Positions 24,332 to 38,529 of a stretch of 64,000 nucleotides of DNA are shown here, piece after piece; the stretch's first letter is position 1; the number at the start of each line of letters is the position of its first letter. Position numbers and translations under genes: made by a program. A model generated the notes under the pieces. That model made no database searches, had not been told where the DNA came from, and saw only the letters and a list, made by a program, of their open reading frames with translations. This DNA comes from Vicugna vicugna (taxonomy: Eukaryota): positions 620,001 to 684,000 of the forward strand of contig MU058645.1 of NCBI GenBank assembly GCA_013265495.1, in the 5' to 3' direction.

Positions 24332-24385
24332 TGCACACACATACACACAAACACACACACACTCACACAGACAGACACACACACA
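24332..24385. repeat. Imperfect (CA)n microsatellite
   Basis: Read directly from sequence. Confidence 0.9.
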
Positions 24386-27300
24386 TTCCATCTCTGCCTA
24401 ATGTATAGATAGCATTCAAACCTCATCAAGTTTCCTCTTTCAAGTCCTCTTGGTAGCCTCCATGCAAATTCTTATTGAGTTCTTACAAGATTATGTAATT
24501 TGTCTCTGTTCTTGTCTTCTTACTTGAATACAGAAGCTGTTTTTTTAAATCACCATGTTTTCAGAACTCAGTAAGTGGTAGGTGCTTGAGAAATGTTTAT
24601 TGGATAAAAAAGAATGAATAAGCAAATGCCCTGAAACACATCCCAAAGTAGGAGGCACCATCTTGTTTTCATGATTCCAGACACATTCGAGAAGTCCAGT
24701 TTCCCCTGATTTTGGGGCCAGCAAATTTGTCTTCTCCTTTGCCACGAAAGCCAAGCCCCGTGGTTGAGGGTGTGAGAATGTCTGCAGCAGAGTTCCCGGC
24801 TGTGACATTTTCAACACTGGGCGGTCCCTTCCTAAGTTAGGGAGGTCCATCTATGTACTGAATGAGCCCTGATGTAATGCAAGACACTAACAGAGTTCAA
24901 ACACCATTAACCAGTTTATGGCCTCCACCCTATGCATGCCTCAAAGAGTCAAAGGTTGAAAGCATGTGTATTTTAATGAATCCACTTATACGTTTCAAGT
25001 ATGTTCTTGAATAGTTTCTTCCAAAACCAAACAAAAGAGCACCTAAATGTATCAATGAAGCAAAACGGCACAGAAGTACCACCAATGGTCAGAGCCCTAA
25101 TGATCACACTGTAATTGCCTCTCACAAATGCAGCTCTCGTCTCTGTCACCTTATACTGAACCTAAGCAAACAAGCGCATTGTGTGCGCGGAAGGCAAAGC
25201 CCACACCCGTGAATGGCACTACAGCAGGAGGAGACTTGGTCATAGGTAACAACTCAGTCTGTTGTCATAAGGCACTTTTTTCCCCAATGCTAATATCCCC
25301 GAAATCAGGAAAGAAGTGGAGGATACAATTTGAGCAATTCGCAACGGACCAAGGGAAAACTAACTGCACGTGAACAAGACCAAAGAAGGAGTTTCATCTC
25401 ACAATGTCATTGCCACCCTAAGGAGACAGCAGAGAGTCCAGCGGTATCTGGGCAGGCTCACGTCACGCTCCAAAGCCCCCTGCAGACAGCAGCAAAAATC
25501 TCACAGTCAAGAACCTACTGTGGAGAGGCAGAAACTGACTGGTGCGATTCTTGTGGCAACTGTACCTTTGGGAGCTAACTTGGAAGGAGTGTGCAGAACA
25601 GCCAAGATTCAGTGCTGGCTTAGCATTTGCAGACGGGGGTCCTGGGAGCCATCAAGACCACCTCCATGACTAGTCCTGCCTCAGCCAGGGACCCAAGGCC
25701 AGCAGAGCCGGCCAGCAGAAAAGCAGGACTGCCTACCTGTTTGCAAGATCTGGCAGTAATGTGAACACACAGCAGTGTTTTCAGGGAAGTGGGAAAAGAA
25801 GGAAAAGAGACTCGTTTGTCCGGCAAATGATGGAGTCCTTTGGTCCTGAATAGTCGCTGATGGCTGTGAATAGTTACTATTGACAGTCAGGCTGAGGAAA
25901 TCCAAGATCCTTCTTGCATCTAAATTTTGGGTCCTGAGATCAGGCACAAAAACTGGTTTGGAAACCACTACTGATCCTTGCCAAAATAGCTTCTTGGTTT
26001 ATGGTAAAATGAGAAGAGTAATGACAGTGCGGAGAGCTTTCTGCAAAGCTAAATATAGTCATAGGTATAGTCTTAATTTTCCTCATGAACGCCCCTCCCT
26101 TTTTAGGATGTCAAAATGCCTTTTCTCTTTTGTGATTGTAGTGTCTTGTATGAGGCGAGGGTCGTGTCTATTCGGCTTAATTTGCGTCCTTACTGGCACA
26201 GTGAGAGGTGGGTAACCCTGCCAGACCTCCACTGTCTTTGGAGGTTTTTATCGGCTGGAAACCCCTCCCCAAGAGGAGCAGAAGCAGCTGCTCCAGAGGG
26301 CAGTCTTGACTCTCGCATTAAAAACTTGCAGCAGAAATTCTTACAGCAGTCAGACAAAACCCAAGAGCCTGGAGAGAGGCTCCGTCGCACACCTTGCTCT
26401 GCCATGTTAGTGAGCATGTGTCCTGGACCCTCTCTTTTGTCTCTTCCCACCCTGAAGACATTTCATAAACTGTCAGAACTCAAAAGTCTTCTCAAAACGG
26501 GCCGCAGGATATCCCACGAGCTCTGTCATCAGCATCCCTCGTGAGGATGAAACCCTAAAGATCGGGGGCAGGTCTGTTCCGTCTCTCCTTCCCAGAATGT
26601 AAGGCATCCCAAGACACAGTTCTAAGAACACAGAACACGGAAGATACAGTCTGCTCGTTACTCACAAAAGCAGGGCATTATGAGTGATTCTTGGTTAATG
26701 TCATCTCAGAAACTGGTCTGTTGAAGACTCCCTCTCTCTGGAAGCCTCTTTTCAGGCATCCTTTCTCTTCAGTCTTTGCCCTTTTCCACCCCAGTACTTT
26801 ATTTTTTCTTGATTTTTTTGTAGCCCTCTTGACCTAAGGCACCGTATTTCTCCAGCTGGAATCATTCATGGTAGAGAAGCTTACAGAGAGACCACAGGAG
26901 GCAGCAGAGAGAACGTTGATCTGGTCCTAACAATGAGTCCTTTGAAACTAGACCCTTCGGAGGCCTTACTTTCTGTCGAAATTATGTCTAATTTCTTTTC
27001 CAGCTCTAAACATCTGAGCTAGGATGGTTCAGCAGTCAGTGTGTTTCGTTTCATCTTCATCACAAGACTTCTCCCAGAATCCAGCCCCTGAGCACCCCCA
27101 CTCCTCTTTGCTTGTACGAGGACATGTCTGGCTGGAATCTCCTTCATCCACTTGTTCAGTCATCTGTTCATTCATTCAGTCAATCATTTCTTACTTATCA
27201 AATACAACTGAGTAATTACCACCTACTTTTCTCCACATGTGCGAATGGAAAAGCAGTGACTGCCTTCCTGGCACACAAGGCTGGCTTTCTCTTCTCTTCT

Positions 27301-27517
27301 GTAAAGGCTTCATTTGCCTTCCCAGGTAAAGCTTTCCCACTTGGTGTTTCCTTCGAAATTCTGCTGTGAAATTTGTGATACTGTGTTTCTTTTCATTGTT
27401 TACGCACCTCCCTCCCTGATTACAATGTGAGCTCCTTAAAGCTGGTAACTTGGTCTTTCCCATTTCAAATGCCTAGAACAGTGTGGTACGTAGCAACATC
27501 AATGATTCCTTGCAAAG

Positions 27518-27730
27518 AGCTTTCTAAATGCCGGGCACTGTTTTAGTCAGTTTACATATATTAAGTCATTTAATCCCGGTAATCACCCTATCGATGATTT
27601 ATTGCTATCATCCACACCATACAGATAAGAAACTGAGGCTCCAAGAGTTGAAGTGATTTGGCCAAGTTCACACAGCTGATGAGAAGCAGAGCTGGGATTC
27701 AAGTCCAGCAGACTGGTTCCTAATTCCATG
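27518..27730 (-). mobile_element. MIR SINE
   Basis: acagataagaaactgaggctc...gtgatttggccaagttcacacagct...gctgggattcaagtccag. Confidence 0.9.
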
Positions 27731-28519
27731 GAATAAATATTACACTCTATGACCTCACCATTTATTGAATAAATTGAAGAAGTGATTATATCCATTGGCT
27801 TTACAAGAATGTGGGATGACATAAAATGCAATCATTATATCCAATATGTAATATACCCCCCAAAACAGCAATTTTGTAATGATCTTCAGATTCGAAGATC
27901 CTATTTTTATGCACAATTTTAAAAGCTTATATCTCTATTTATTTTATAATATCCCATATTATATTAATTACAGAACTCTTTGGGAGCAGTCCATGATAAA
28001 CTCCTCCACTGAACTGAGCATATTTCTTATCTCCTGAGCCCTGTTCTAATTCTCCTTCCAAATCAGTCTGCTAAGTTTAACTTGTAAATTCATTTACTTG
28101 AATAGTTCAGGTTTTAGTCAGAGAAAAATAAATTGCAATTAGGTTGAAAATTCATGATTTTGGAAGTGGGAAATAAATCTCAAGGTGTCGCCTTGATTGA
28201 AAATATTTCAACGAATAAATGGACAAATTAAAAAATGTGCTTTCAACCTTTATTATTCGCTATTGACTCAATAAATGCTGAACCGTGGGCTGTTCACAGA
28301 TTAATTTGCCAGTTCAATGTGCAGACTCCTCTGAGCCTTCCGCAAGCTGGACTCAGTCCTCAGTTAATTTCATTACAGCTTGAAAAGACTAGATAAAAAG
28401 GAAGATGAATGATATTTGAAATTAGTATTTCCCCCTTCAGGGCCAATCTACAAATCAGATATATCAATTTTTTATCCCATTCCCAAATCCAATAATTTCA
28501 GAGACTCTGCACTGGCTGA

Positions 28520-29260
28520 GTTTGAAACCGAAGTCCCCAGTGAGCGGAGACTCACAGCCGTGGTTTACTTGCTCCGTCTTCAACTTAGGAGCAGAGCCAT
28601 TAATTTGGCTTCGGTTCCAGGCCGGCTCCTAGTGAGGGGGTCGGCGGGGGTGGGAGCTTGGCAACCTCCCGCAGGCCTGGAGGAGTTAGGTCTAAATCCA
28701 TCAGCCCTTCTTTTCAAAAGATACAATAGGAACTTGCGAAGACTCCTTTTTCATCGGTCATTTCATTTTCGTCTCTTTAAAGACATTCTTCGGTAATGTG
28801 GTCCTCTTAGCATCTAAATATCTCGCAGGGGGCTACAAAGACGCCATTCAGGGCTTCGCGGGAGCGGAGCTCCGTAGTGTCACCAACACAGGGACTGGGA
28901 AGCTACTGCGTGTTCCCAGGGAGGGGCTCCCAGCCAGAGAGCTGGCAGCGGCAGCCGCTGCTCTGGAGAGGCGATGGCATGAATGCATTTCGGACAAAGG
29001 GCCGAGGGAGGCCGGACCCGTTTTCCACTGAGGGTAAAAGCCTGCCGTCAACAAAACCACCTCTTCTGCTCTCTTGCCTGCGTCCCTTCTCCAAGCTTCC
29101 CGGACGCATTATTGAATAAGCCACCCATTGTAAGCTGTAGAAATTGTGTAAAACACAGAAACGTGACTTTATTGGGGAACAGGAGGCGTGACTTGGCAGG
29201 TCACCCACCATAGTTGCTGCTTTTATTGGCAAAGTGGCCTCGGGGCAAATACACATTCAG
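28520..29260. promoter_or_regulatory. CpG island 2 (orphan; possible promoter)
   Basis: CpG-dense and repeat-free, with G-rich GC-box-like ggggtcggcgggggtggg and a minus donor GCT|gtgagt at 28556/28555. Confidence 0.7.
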
Positions 29261-30384
29261 TCCAGTGAAAAACTGAGTTTTATTTTTAGATGACACATCC
29301 GTGAGACCCCAAATGTCGCCCAAATATTGTAGTATTCAACAACACTAGTATTGCAATGGTATTGTGTAAACATGCCTCCCCTCCCCAAACAAACAAACAA
29401 CAAGTCAGGAACGCTGAATAAGCTGTCATGATCAAAAAATCAAGAGTTAAAAAAATAATTGACTTAATCTACATCATCAGTAAATGGACCCAGAAGTTCT
29501 CAGTGATCAATAAACCACTGTGGTATCTAAATCATGCACCCAGAGAATAGTGTAACAAAATCTGTCTCCCCCAAATCTAAGATAGAGATGTTGGGAGCCT
29601 GAACTTCCCTTGGTGTTGCATCGTTGTGGTCATACATTACATATGGTTCCCAGTTAACAGCACTGGTTTAAAGCACAGCAACTAACACTAGGGCCATTCA
29701 GTTACGCTTATTCAGTAACGAAGAATCCCTAGCATCTTTCCGACAGGATAAAAGCAAATTGTAGAAACCTTTTTCTCTAATGGCAATACTCAACAAAAGG
29801 CCATTTCTTCTGAAAGTCCCATTTAATTGTAGTCTTTGAAAAGCAGTAGGCATTTAGGTATTTCACTTAAATCCAATAATCATGGTAGAGTATTTGACTT
29901 ATGAACAATATTAGTAAAGCCTAGAAAACTGGCATTGAAACCCACAAATTCCCATTTGCTCATTTAAAACAAAGTTCTTGATAAGCAGGATGGTGTTTTT
30001 CCCCTCCCCCAACTAACATGGCCCACATGCCTTTCTAAGCACGCACTTGAGTTTGCAGCTTTTATAAAATCTTTCCCCAGGCCATTTCAAAGCAGGAGAT
30101 GCCCTGCAAAGCTGTCTGCACCTTTCCCTGAAGACCGTCTGTTGAACTTGATTGGGATCACGGTTCACCGTTATCCCTCCCAGAGATGATGGAGCATTTG
30201 CTCTGTGCAGCTCACTCATGGAGTCCTGAAACTCCCTACTGAGATGGCTTTCAGTATTCTCACCTCTACAAGGTACTCCCACCACCTCCAGTCAACTGTC
30301 CCCCACCTGCGGGGTACCAACCCTCCATGGTATGGTATGCGATGTGACAAAGGACCAGCAGGAACACTCCTGTTTTCCTCCTTT

Positions 30385-30568
30385 TACTCTGTGTGACCTC
30401 AAGAAGGAGCATCAGTCTCTCTGACTTTCAGTCTCTCATCTTTAAAATGGGGGCAACATCACCCACTACTCACATTACAGGATCATTTTGAGGTTTAAAG
30501 AAGATCATGCATGTTAAGCACTTAACAGAGCACCTCATACAGAAAAAAGGTTAGAGTCGCTGTTATCT
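30385..30568 (+). mobile_element. MIR SINE
   Basis: ctttcagtctctcatctttaaaatggggg...catgcatgttaagcacttaacag. Confidence 0.85.
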
Positions 30569-32595
30569 GAAGACTTAGGAGACAAGGATAAAAAGCCAGG
30601 AAAGAGCTAGGAAAGTCAACAAGAAGCGGGGAAATGATGTGTAAGTCAAAGATGGAAATAGATGAAAACGTGATCACACGAAGACTTGTCGCCGGCTAGT
30701 TGTTCTGCTTTTGTGGGGCTCCTCTTACCCGTTACTGCTGCAGTTCACGTCCCCCGGCTGTGCCTTCAGTCCACTTGGAACAACATGGAGTATAAATAAG
30801 CAATGAAATGCCAGCTATCAAGAAGGCAGGTCTGCAATCCCGGGAGAAGCATCGCTTGTGGGTCTGCAGCCCTGCTACGTATGCTCTGCATGCTTTTTCA
30901 TAATTGTGACAGGAAGCGGGCAGCCCCAGCTCGAGGTAACTGACCAGAGGTAATGAGTGCAGGGCTGAGCATAGCACAAAGAGAACTGCGGGGACCCGCC
31001 CCTGCCCTGAAAATACTTACAATTCAAGAAGGACAATGGCGGCAAAGAGAGGCAGCCAATGGAAGACAGACGGTTCTGAGCCAGCGTGCAGCTGAGGAGG
31101 AACGTGTGTACTGTGGAAAGTTTCAAAGTCAAAGTACGCCAGACCAGGAGAAGGCATAACCGAGTGCATAGCCAAAGGACTGGATATTCAAACTGAGTAA
31201 AAGCTGGAGAAAGGGAAGACTTGCGAGCCCTAGAGGATGCTACGAATATGACTGTCAACACTGAGAGTGTTGGGAAAAGGATAAACTGTGGGTCAAGGTG
31301 TAACCTCATATGCTGCAAACTGTCCTTCACTCCCTGGGAACTGGGAAGGCCCCCCTGTCAAAGGGACCAAGAGTAAGACTGAGGCGTGCTAGGATGCACT
31401 GGTGTTCAACAACCCCATGCTCTCCACAGGGCTTGAGCCCATTTAAAGAACTCCACAGAGAAGAAACGGATCAGAAAATAAAAAGCGTGAAGCTTCAATT
31501 GCAGTTGAGCAAGCCATGTCTCTCTTGTACTTAAACATTCCATTAAAACGCTGATTTTGGAATCATACCCAATAGTGGCCTATTTGGGGCTGATCTCAGA
31601 GGATCAATATGTGTAGGAGGTTCTGAACTCTCTCCGCAGGTGCTGCAGGTGTTCTGGGGTATCTCTGCATCTGCAGAAGCTTTGCTCGGCAGCACACTCT
31701 GCTGCTGCCTGCACAAACCGCCTGGAAGCCAGTCCTCACTCTGGGGCCACTCCTCTGAGCCCATGGAGGAGGGAGAGCTGGAGTAGTGAACACTGGCTGG
31801 TCTAGGAGTTTCCTCTCTTTAGGCAGCAGCAGAGTGGTCACTCTCTTCCTGGGACTCATTGAGCCATTGAGCCTTCTGCCACCTTAGGTTGGAGAAACTT
31901 CTCAGGACCTCAGTCATTTTCCACAGACAGAAATGGGGAGATGGGGACTCACTGGAAATGATGATGCCAGTAACAACAAGTTTCTTAGCTGAATCTTGGT
32001 TCAACGGCAATATCATGTCCATTTGTGAGTTCTCTGGTTAGCCAATGTTTTAACAAAGATTTTGGAGATAATATTAAGAGATAATTAGCTAATAATTTCT
32101 AACGGTCCCATGAAAAGACTTCTGCATATAAAGGAAGAATATCTGGTTTTAGGATAAATGTACTATCTCTGTACACAGTCAACTGATCTCACCATGTATC
32201 AGCTGTGGAAAATTCTAGAGCTCAGTTCTAGAATTCAGTTGCATAATCTGGGAATCAAGTGAGGACCAAAACATATCTGCTGTGCTGATATGCATGCTAA
32301 GTGTTTGCAGAGACATGAACCAAGAGCTATGAGGTCGTAGGAGAGGGCTAACGAAATTTCTGGAGAAGTCAGGTAAGTCTAGCACCTGAGCAGGACAGGA
32401 AAAGATGGCTCGGAGTAAGACCAGTGAAGAAGATCACGTGACGTGCCCAAGGCTAGCCCAAGACAGGATAGCTTTCCAGGTTGCTACCTTCCAGCCCTAA
32501 GAGCTATGGTAATGTTTCCATCTGCATAGGTCTGGCTCATTGCACACCTCTTGCTTATTCATCATCATTTTGGAGGGTTTTGCTTTGAACTTGGG

Positions 32596-32760
32596 TTATT
32601 GCAATAAAATAATCTTTTGCTACCTGATTAATTAGAAACTATTTGACAGTCAGAAGGAGGCTGACATTTGCCTCCACCATGATCAAAATGTAATTAGTGT
32701 ATATTAATATGGAAGAGGGGGTGTAAATTAAATCTGGCTTTTAAGCATAGAAATGGCTAG
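32596..32760. promoter_or_regulatory. Candidate enhancer with adjacent PBX-HOX and MEIS motifs
   Basis: TGATTAAT at 32625-32632, TGACAG at 32644-32649, further TAATTA/ATTAAT cores. Confidence 0.35.
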
Positions 32761-33924
32761 GAAACAAGAGACTTACAGCTGAAAAGCACTTTCTCCACTG
32801 TGCAAAAAAGAAGATTTTCTTAGCAGAAATATTAAGAGAAAATTTTCAGAGCATAAAATGTATATTCACAGGAAAAGAAGCATAATTGATAGAATCTATG
32901 ATTTAACTAATGCAAAGGCTTCTTTTTATTTAAAATAAGCTAACTTTCCTTGACTCGCTTCTGACTTGGTACACACCAAAGAGATGGGAATGTCCTCCTA
33001 GGAAAAGTTTTAGCTCTTTAGTAAAATAAACCCATCAGGCCATTTCTTTGAGAAGCCAGTTTAATTACAAGGCCACATGTGTATGGCCGCCAGAGAGAAC
33101 TAAGATTCCGTGTTTTGAGCAAATGCCCGTTGATCAGCACCCGCTCCACACCTTGCCTTCCTCGCAAATGCCTGGGGAAGAAAACTCACACCACAAAGAC
33201 AGCAAGGCTGCACGAGTGGTCTCATGTGGCCCAAGTGCCTATGAAACTTTCTTTCATAATTGGGCTTTTTGGTTACTTTAAATTTATATGTTGTTGGTCC
33301 TATGGCAAGTGTCTCCTTCTGCATTGATTTTTTTTAAGGACCTTTTTATTCTTAACACTGGTTTCAGCATTTCTGAATGCTGATGCTAAACACAGATGAG
33401 TAAAAGATGAGCAGCTGCTCGTGACAGCAGGTCGAGGATTCCCTGCACCCACCCTAACATCTCTGGTCAGCCTGGTTCAGCACCTGGAACAGCTCCCGCC
33501 TTATCTGTAGGTCAAGTCTCAGGTGCCCTATGAACACGTAACCCTACCCATCCTTATTTCCCTAGAGCGATGGCTGATTCTAGTCCCTTTGTCTCCCTCT
33601 TCCTCAGCCCACTCCATCTGGGTTTTGCTCAGAGCACACTTTTGGTACCCAGCTCTTCTCTGTTCATACATACCACACAGTCAGATACACCTTGACTCCT
33701 GCCCTCAGCCCTGGCCACACTGACCACTCAAGGGCCAAGGCCTGACTCCACAAACTCCTTAGAAGGAGGTCCAGAATCCAGGATGTTAACACATGTGATA
33801 ATAATGAGTAGAAAGGGAAGATGAGACGATACCCTCACTCCACTGCACAGTTTTTTTAATGTCTGACTCCACAGGAGTCAATGCATGTCAAGCACACACT
33901 ACGCTGTGGGCACTCTCCATTACA

Positions 33925-34130
33925 GTCATTGTCCTCATTCTCATCATTTACTATGCACCTGCCATTCACGCTCTGTGCTAAGCACATTTCAGACCTTTTG
34001 CATTTAATTTTAATTAGTTTTCGCTGAGTAGGCATTTTTACCCCTGATGTACAGAGCAGGAAGCAGGGACTCAGACAGGCTACATGATGACCCCATCTAG
34101 TTATCAGTCAAGCAGGGGCTGACCCTGAGG
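33925..34130 (-). mobile_element. MIR SINE (diverged)
   Basis: ctctgtgctaagcacatttc...tgatgtacagagcaggaagcagggactcagacagg. Confidence 0.7.
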
Positions 34131-34209
34131 AGAAGGGCTTTTCCTCCTGGCCAGGGTCCAACTCTCAATCCAACCATTATCTCCAGGACCTCGGTCTGGT
34201 AATTACTTA

Positions 34210-34900
34210 TGCTCTTTCATCTTCAGTTTTTTCTCTCTCTCTGCCACTTTTCCCTCTGCCTACAAATAGGCTTAATCATACCGGAGTGGGGGGATTTCTC
34301 TGGATCCCGCTACTCCCCTTTGCTTTTTTCTTTCAAGGCCAAACTTCTTTGAAAAGTGTTTAAAAACTCCTGCCCCCAGTTTCTCACCATCTGCCTGCTT
34401 CCTCCTCAACACTTCACTGGAATTACTGTCTTGGAGATCAGTACTGGCCTCGGGTAGTTTCTCTGACTTCATTCTCTTTTACTTCTCTGAGCACATTTGC
34501 TCTGGACTCCTCTGCTCCCTCACCCTCCAAGTCCTTTGAAGTTTGCTTTTATTTTTCTTGCATTTAACTGTGTATTTCCTTCCCACAGTCCCTTTGGCAT
34601 TATTATAGGCTCTTATAATCTTCCACCAGGACTACACTAGCGATTTTTCACTGGACTGTCTACAGTTCCACCCATTCCCTCTAGAAATCCCAACACTGAT
34701 GATACTCTTTCCCACTCATGCCTTCTCAGCCCTCTTTTCCTTCTCGACGCCCAAGAACCACATCCTCATAAAGCTCCCAGTGCTAAACTTAAACTTAGAG
34801 CATCTTCCCTTCCTCCCCATCCTAATCCCAGAGCTCAGGCAAGAGAACGCTGCAGACAAAACCCAGCTGGAAGTTTTATTGCACAAAATCCTGCTTAGAA
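34210..34900 (+). mobile_element. L2 LINE fragment
   Basis: caaggccaaacttctttgaaaagtg...cttctctgagcacatttg.., pyrimidine-rich L2 ORF2-type sequence. Confidence 0.6.
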
Positions 34901-37900
34901 GCTCCCGCACCTGGTTGGTTGTTCAGTGCTGTTTATTCCACCTAGACTCCTTAAGAACGTAAGGACATGTTTGAAGTCTAGAAAATCTGGAAACATATGG
35001 ACAGGGTGAGTCACTCATTCATCCAACAAACTGTTCTACCATAACAGAATTAAGGGACACTGCTTGAAATTTTAAAAGGGCAGATTAGATCAAATTAAAC
35101 ACTGCTTTTACCAACTTGATACTCTAAGAACTAGAAATATTAAAATTTTTTTTAAAGGATCAAGAAAATTTGCATAAATGCATAATATAAATTTCTAATG
35201 GAGGAGCGTTGGGGACAGTCACCTGCACTCTGTGCTGCCCACTTGGCCTGGACGTGTCCAACTCTTCAAGCTCTTTGTTCTGAGTTTCCACTCAGGATTG
35301 AGGGCTCAGTGCAAATAGACTACCATTTAATTATACATGGTCTTGAAATGTTTAATGTTGCATCACGAATGTTCATTCCATGACCTTAGCTAGGTTATAA
35401 ACTCCTTGTACCTGTGTTCAGGGCCATGTCTTTTTCCCCCTATATCCCCCACAAGTCCTATTATTGTAACTATCCAAATATTTTTGAATAAATAATTATA
35501 ATTAATCCTCAAAAATTTGAGATTTATGTTATCTTAGCCAACCATATATTTTATATTTAAAAGAATGTTGGTATCACTTCCTCGGCAGAACAATGGGGAG
35601 CATGGATCATTGATTTGACCAATTCCAGTATTTCTTATGTGTGTGGCGAACTATAACTTATTCTTCTAGAACTGATCCATTTAGAACTATATATGAACAC
35701 TTCAATCCAACCACATATAGAGAAAGATAAAATCATGATTAAAATTTCCTAACACAACCAAGAGAAGTCCCTGGTAATGATTTTTAATATTAAAATTACA
35801 CAGCTATGTGTGATATTAAATCTGAAAATACTATTTTCCCTAAAACTTAGCCTAATTCTTTAAGAAGAACAAGTATTTACTTATCTGTCAATACTATGCA
35901 TTTTCTATAACCTAACCTTTCATTTGTATGTACTTGGAAGCCCACATCAGTTATTTTTTCCAAGGATCACGGGAGTTTTGTAAATGCTCCATTGCAGTAA
36001 GACCTGTAGGAAGTAGGTATTTGACATAATTAAAACTTATGATCGTGGAGGAAATGGAAAAGGATCTGCAGGGACTCGTGTTCACTTTCCATAAAATTTC
36101 TGAATACTCCTCTCCTACACAAACACCCAAGTTCACCAGCTGTATGGTTACAGTACATTCACTCCACCGACAGTGTTACTCTGTGTTGAACTGTAAATGG
36201 CAGATTTAAGAGATTCTGTAAAAATGTTGGGTTATGAGTACCCACTGTCTCCAAATTTGGCTACAGTGGATCCTTCTAGATATCAGTGAAGTGAGTCTTA
36301 GTTCATGCAACCACACTGACTTGCCAGGAGAGAAAACCACAGAAGTTGGGATAAGAATTTGGCCCTGCATGGCTGGTCTCCCCATGGAGCTGACCCATTT
36401 CCTCCAGAGAAGATTCTTTCTCAGGCATAATTTTGGTGTTGCTTTGCAGACAAAGAAATGTCTCTCAGGACAACATTTTAGGCTGTACAGTGAAGAAGTG
36501 GCCTCTAAACACCACAGGGCAAGTAGCAGGATCTTGATTCTCAGAATTTGGCTCTTGGTCAGCTAAGCGCTGAAATCGCAAACAATTGTTCAGTCTTAAA
36601 CTAACAGCGCCATTTTCATCTCTCTAACAAGTCTGCATGCTTAAAATTCCCAAAGCTTAAGAAGTATTAAATGTCTGGACTCTACCACAACTCCTGCTTG
36701 GTTTTTGTTTTCATTTTTTTTACTTTGAAAAAAGAAAAGCTTGAGCCTTAAAGGAGAAACATTCAAAAAAGATCTAAGTACTTGAAAAATAAGGTTAAAG
36801 TAGAATATATTCATCTTTTCCTTAGTTGCACCTACAGTGAAGCTGTTCCTTTTATTCTCATCTTTCCTCTCCTCCGTTACCTCTGTGCTTTGAAGAACTA
36901 AGAGCTTTACAGAAGGTTTGATTGATTCAAGGAACCAAAAGCAGAAGATGTTCTCCCAGCAAAGCCATCTGTTAAGCAGTCAGATTCCCCCAGGCATTTG
37001 CTTGCAGCAAATATGACATAGCACCTCCAGGCAAATTGCATGACCCAGATGCCAGGAGATTCACTGTTCCTGAACCACTTCTGTGTGATGAGGATTTTAA
37101 TCTTGGCAATCCCAAACATGGCTTCTGATTTACTTCAATATAAGACAATTTTCCTTTTTGTCAAATATTAGGGGTAGCATTCTTTTTTAAATTCACCCTC
37201 TCCTTCTGGAAAGCTGTACAGTTCCCCATCATGTAGCTTGGTAACCTTTCTTTGCTCTTTGCTTGCACTCAAATACAAAATATCTTGAAAGAGACTTACA
37301 GAATTTCTTTGACCAAGTATAGAGATATCTCCACATATATGAAAAAATAAAACTGCCTCCAGTTTCCGAGCATCCCCTGTGTTCATCTTTAACTGAAATC
37401 CAAGAACAATATAGCTATAAGCCATCCTAAGCTGCTTCTCAGGAAAATGTTATTTTACAGAGAGTCAGTCAGCTGGCTATTCTATATTAACGAATGCCTT
37501 CTGCATGGTTCCTTAGATAAAGCTCTGATTCACCCAGCAGATGCACATAAAGTAGCTCAAAGGTCAGCAAATGACAAGGAGAAACATTTAAAAATACAAA
37601 CACAGATTGAGTATTCCTAAACTGCTTATTCCTGCCCTTCCCATCCCTCTCAACCATGTGGAGCAAAATAACTCCTTGCATTTTCTGACCAAAGTAGTTC
37701 CATTTGAAAAGCTTGCCAGCCGGGATGTTTTAAAATGTTGCTGAATGATTAAACACAAATCCTTAAATGGAGAGAGCTGTTTTTTATAAAATATCCTAGA
37801 GCAGTGCTGTCTGCCCACACTTGTGCCCATGTCTGGCTGCCAGCTGATAAACGTTGCGGCTTTAAGATATGACTTATTAGCATGCCTGTAAATTTCTACC

Positions 37901-38439
37901 TCACACAGTCACCCAAGGGTGATTGCTATCTGTTAATTGAATTCTGTGCCAGCAACTGTGTCTTTGTGTGCTTGCCATTATAATTTCAAGGATTCTAACT
38001 TCATTTCCTATTTACAAATAATAGTGATAAAAATATAAAGTGATGTATTTATGCATTCCCAAGTGTATGTGTGCACAAGTGTGTAGTCATATATATGTGT
38101 GTGTATGTATATATTTACATATATTTTATATATTTGCATATTTGCTTAGGGAAAGTCACTAAAGACACAATACATTACAGGAAGACACAATTTAATAAGC
38201 CAAACTTTTCTATATAGAAACACATATCCAACCACTTGACAGTTTTCTGCTATTGAGCATGGCTGGTGAGTCTGCAAAATAGAAGCAGGCATTTTTATTT
38301 TTTGGACAATAATCAAAACTGACACAGTGGGCAGAATAACCAGTGAACAGTTATAAAACTGTTCATTTATCAACCTATCTTTTCCCGGAGCGTATTAGGA
38401 TAAGCCACGGTGATTTGGTTAGCCCGCTTTGGATTTCAG

Positions 38440-38529
38440 GACGTCTGTGTCTGAATCAGGCATTGCATGGAATGAACCTCGGGTGCAGAAAACTGGGCCT
38501 TGGATCAGGACCGCACTTCATCAGCCATG
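38440..38529 (+). other. Candidate 90-nt exon ending GCCATG|gtgagt
   Basis: Acceptor gctttggatttcag|GAC and a consensus donor. Confidence 0.2.

Noticed and set aside
25300-25720. Possible old LTR
   Set aside because: No termini or diagnostic consensus blocks that I could confirm.
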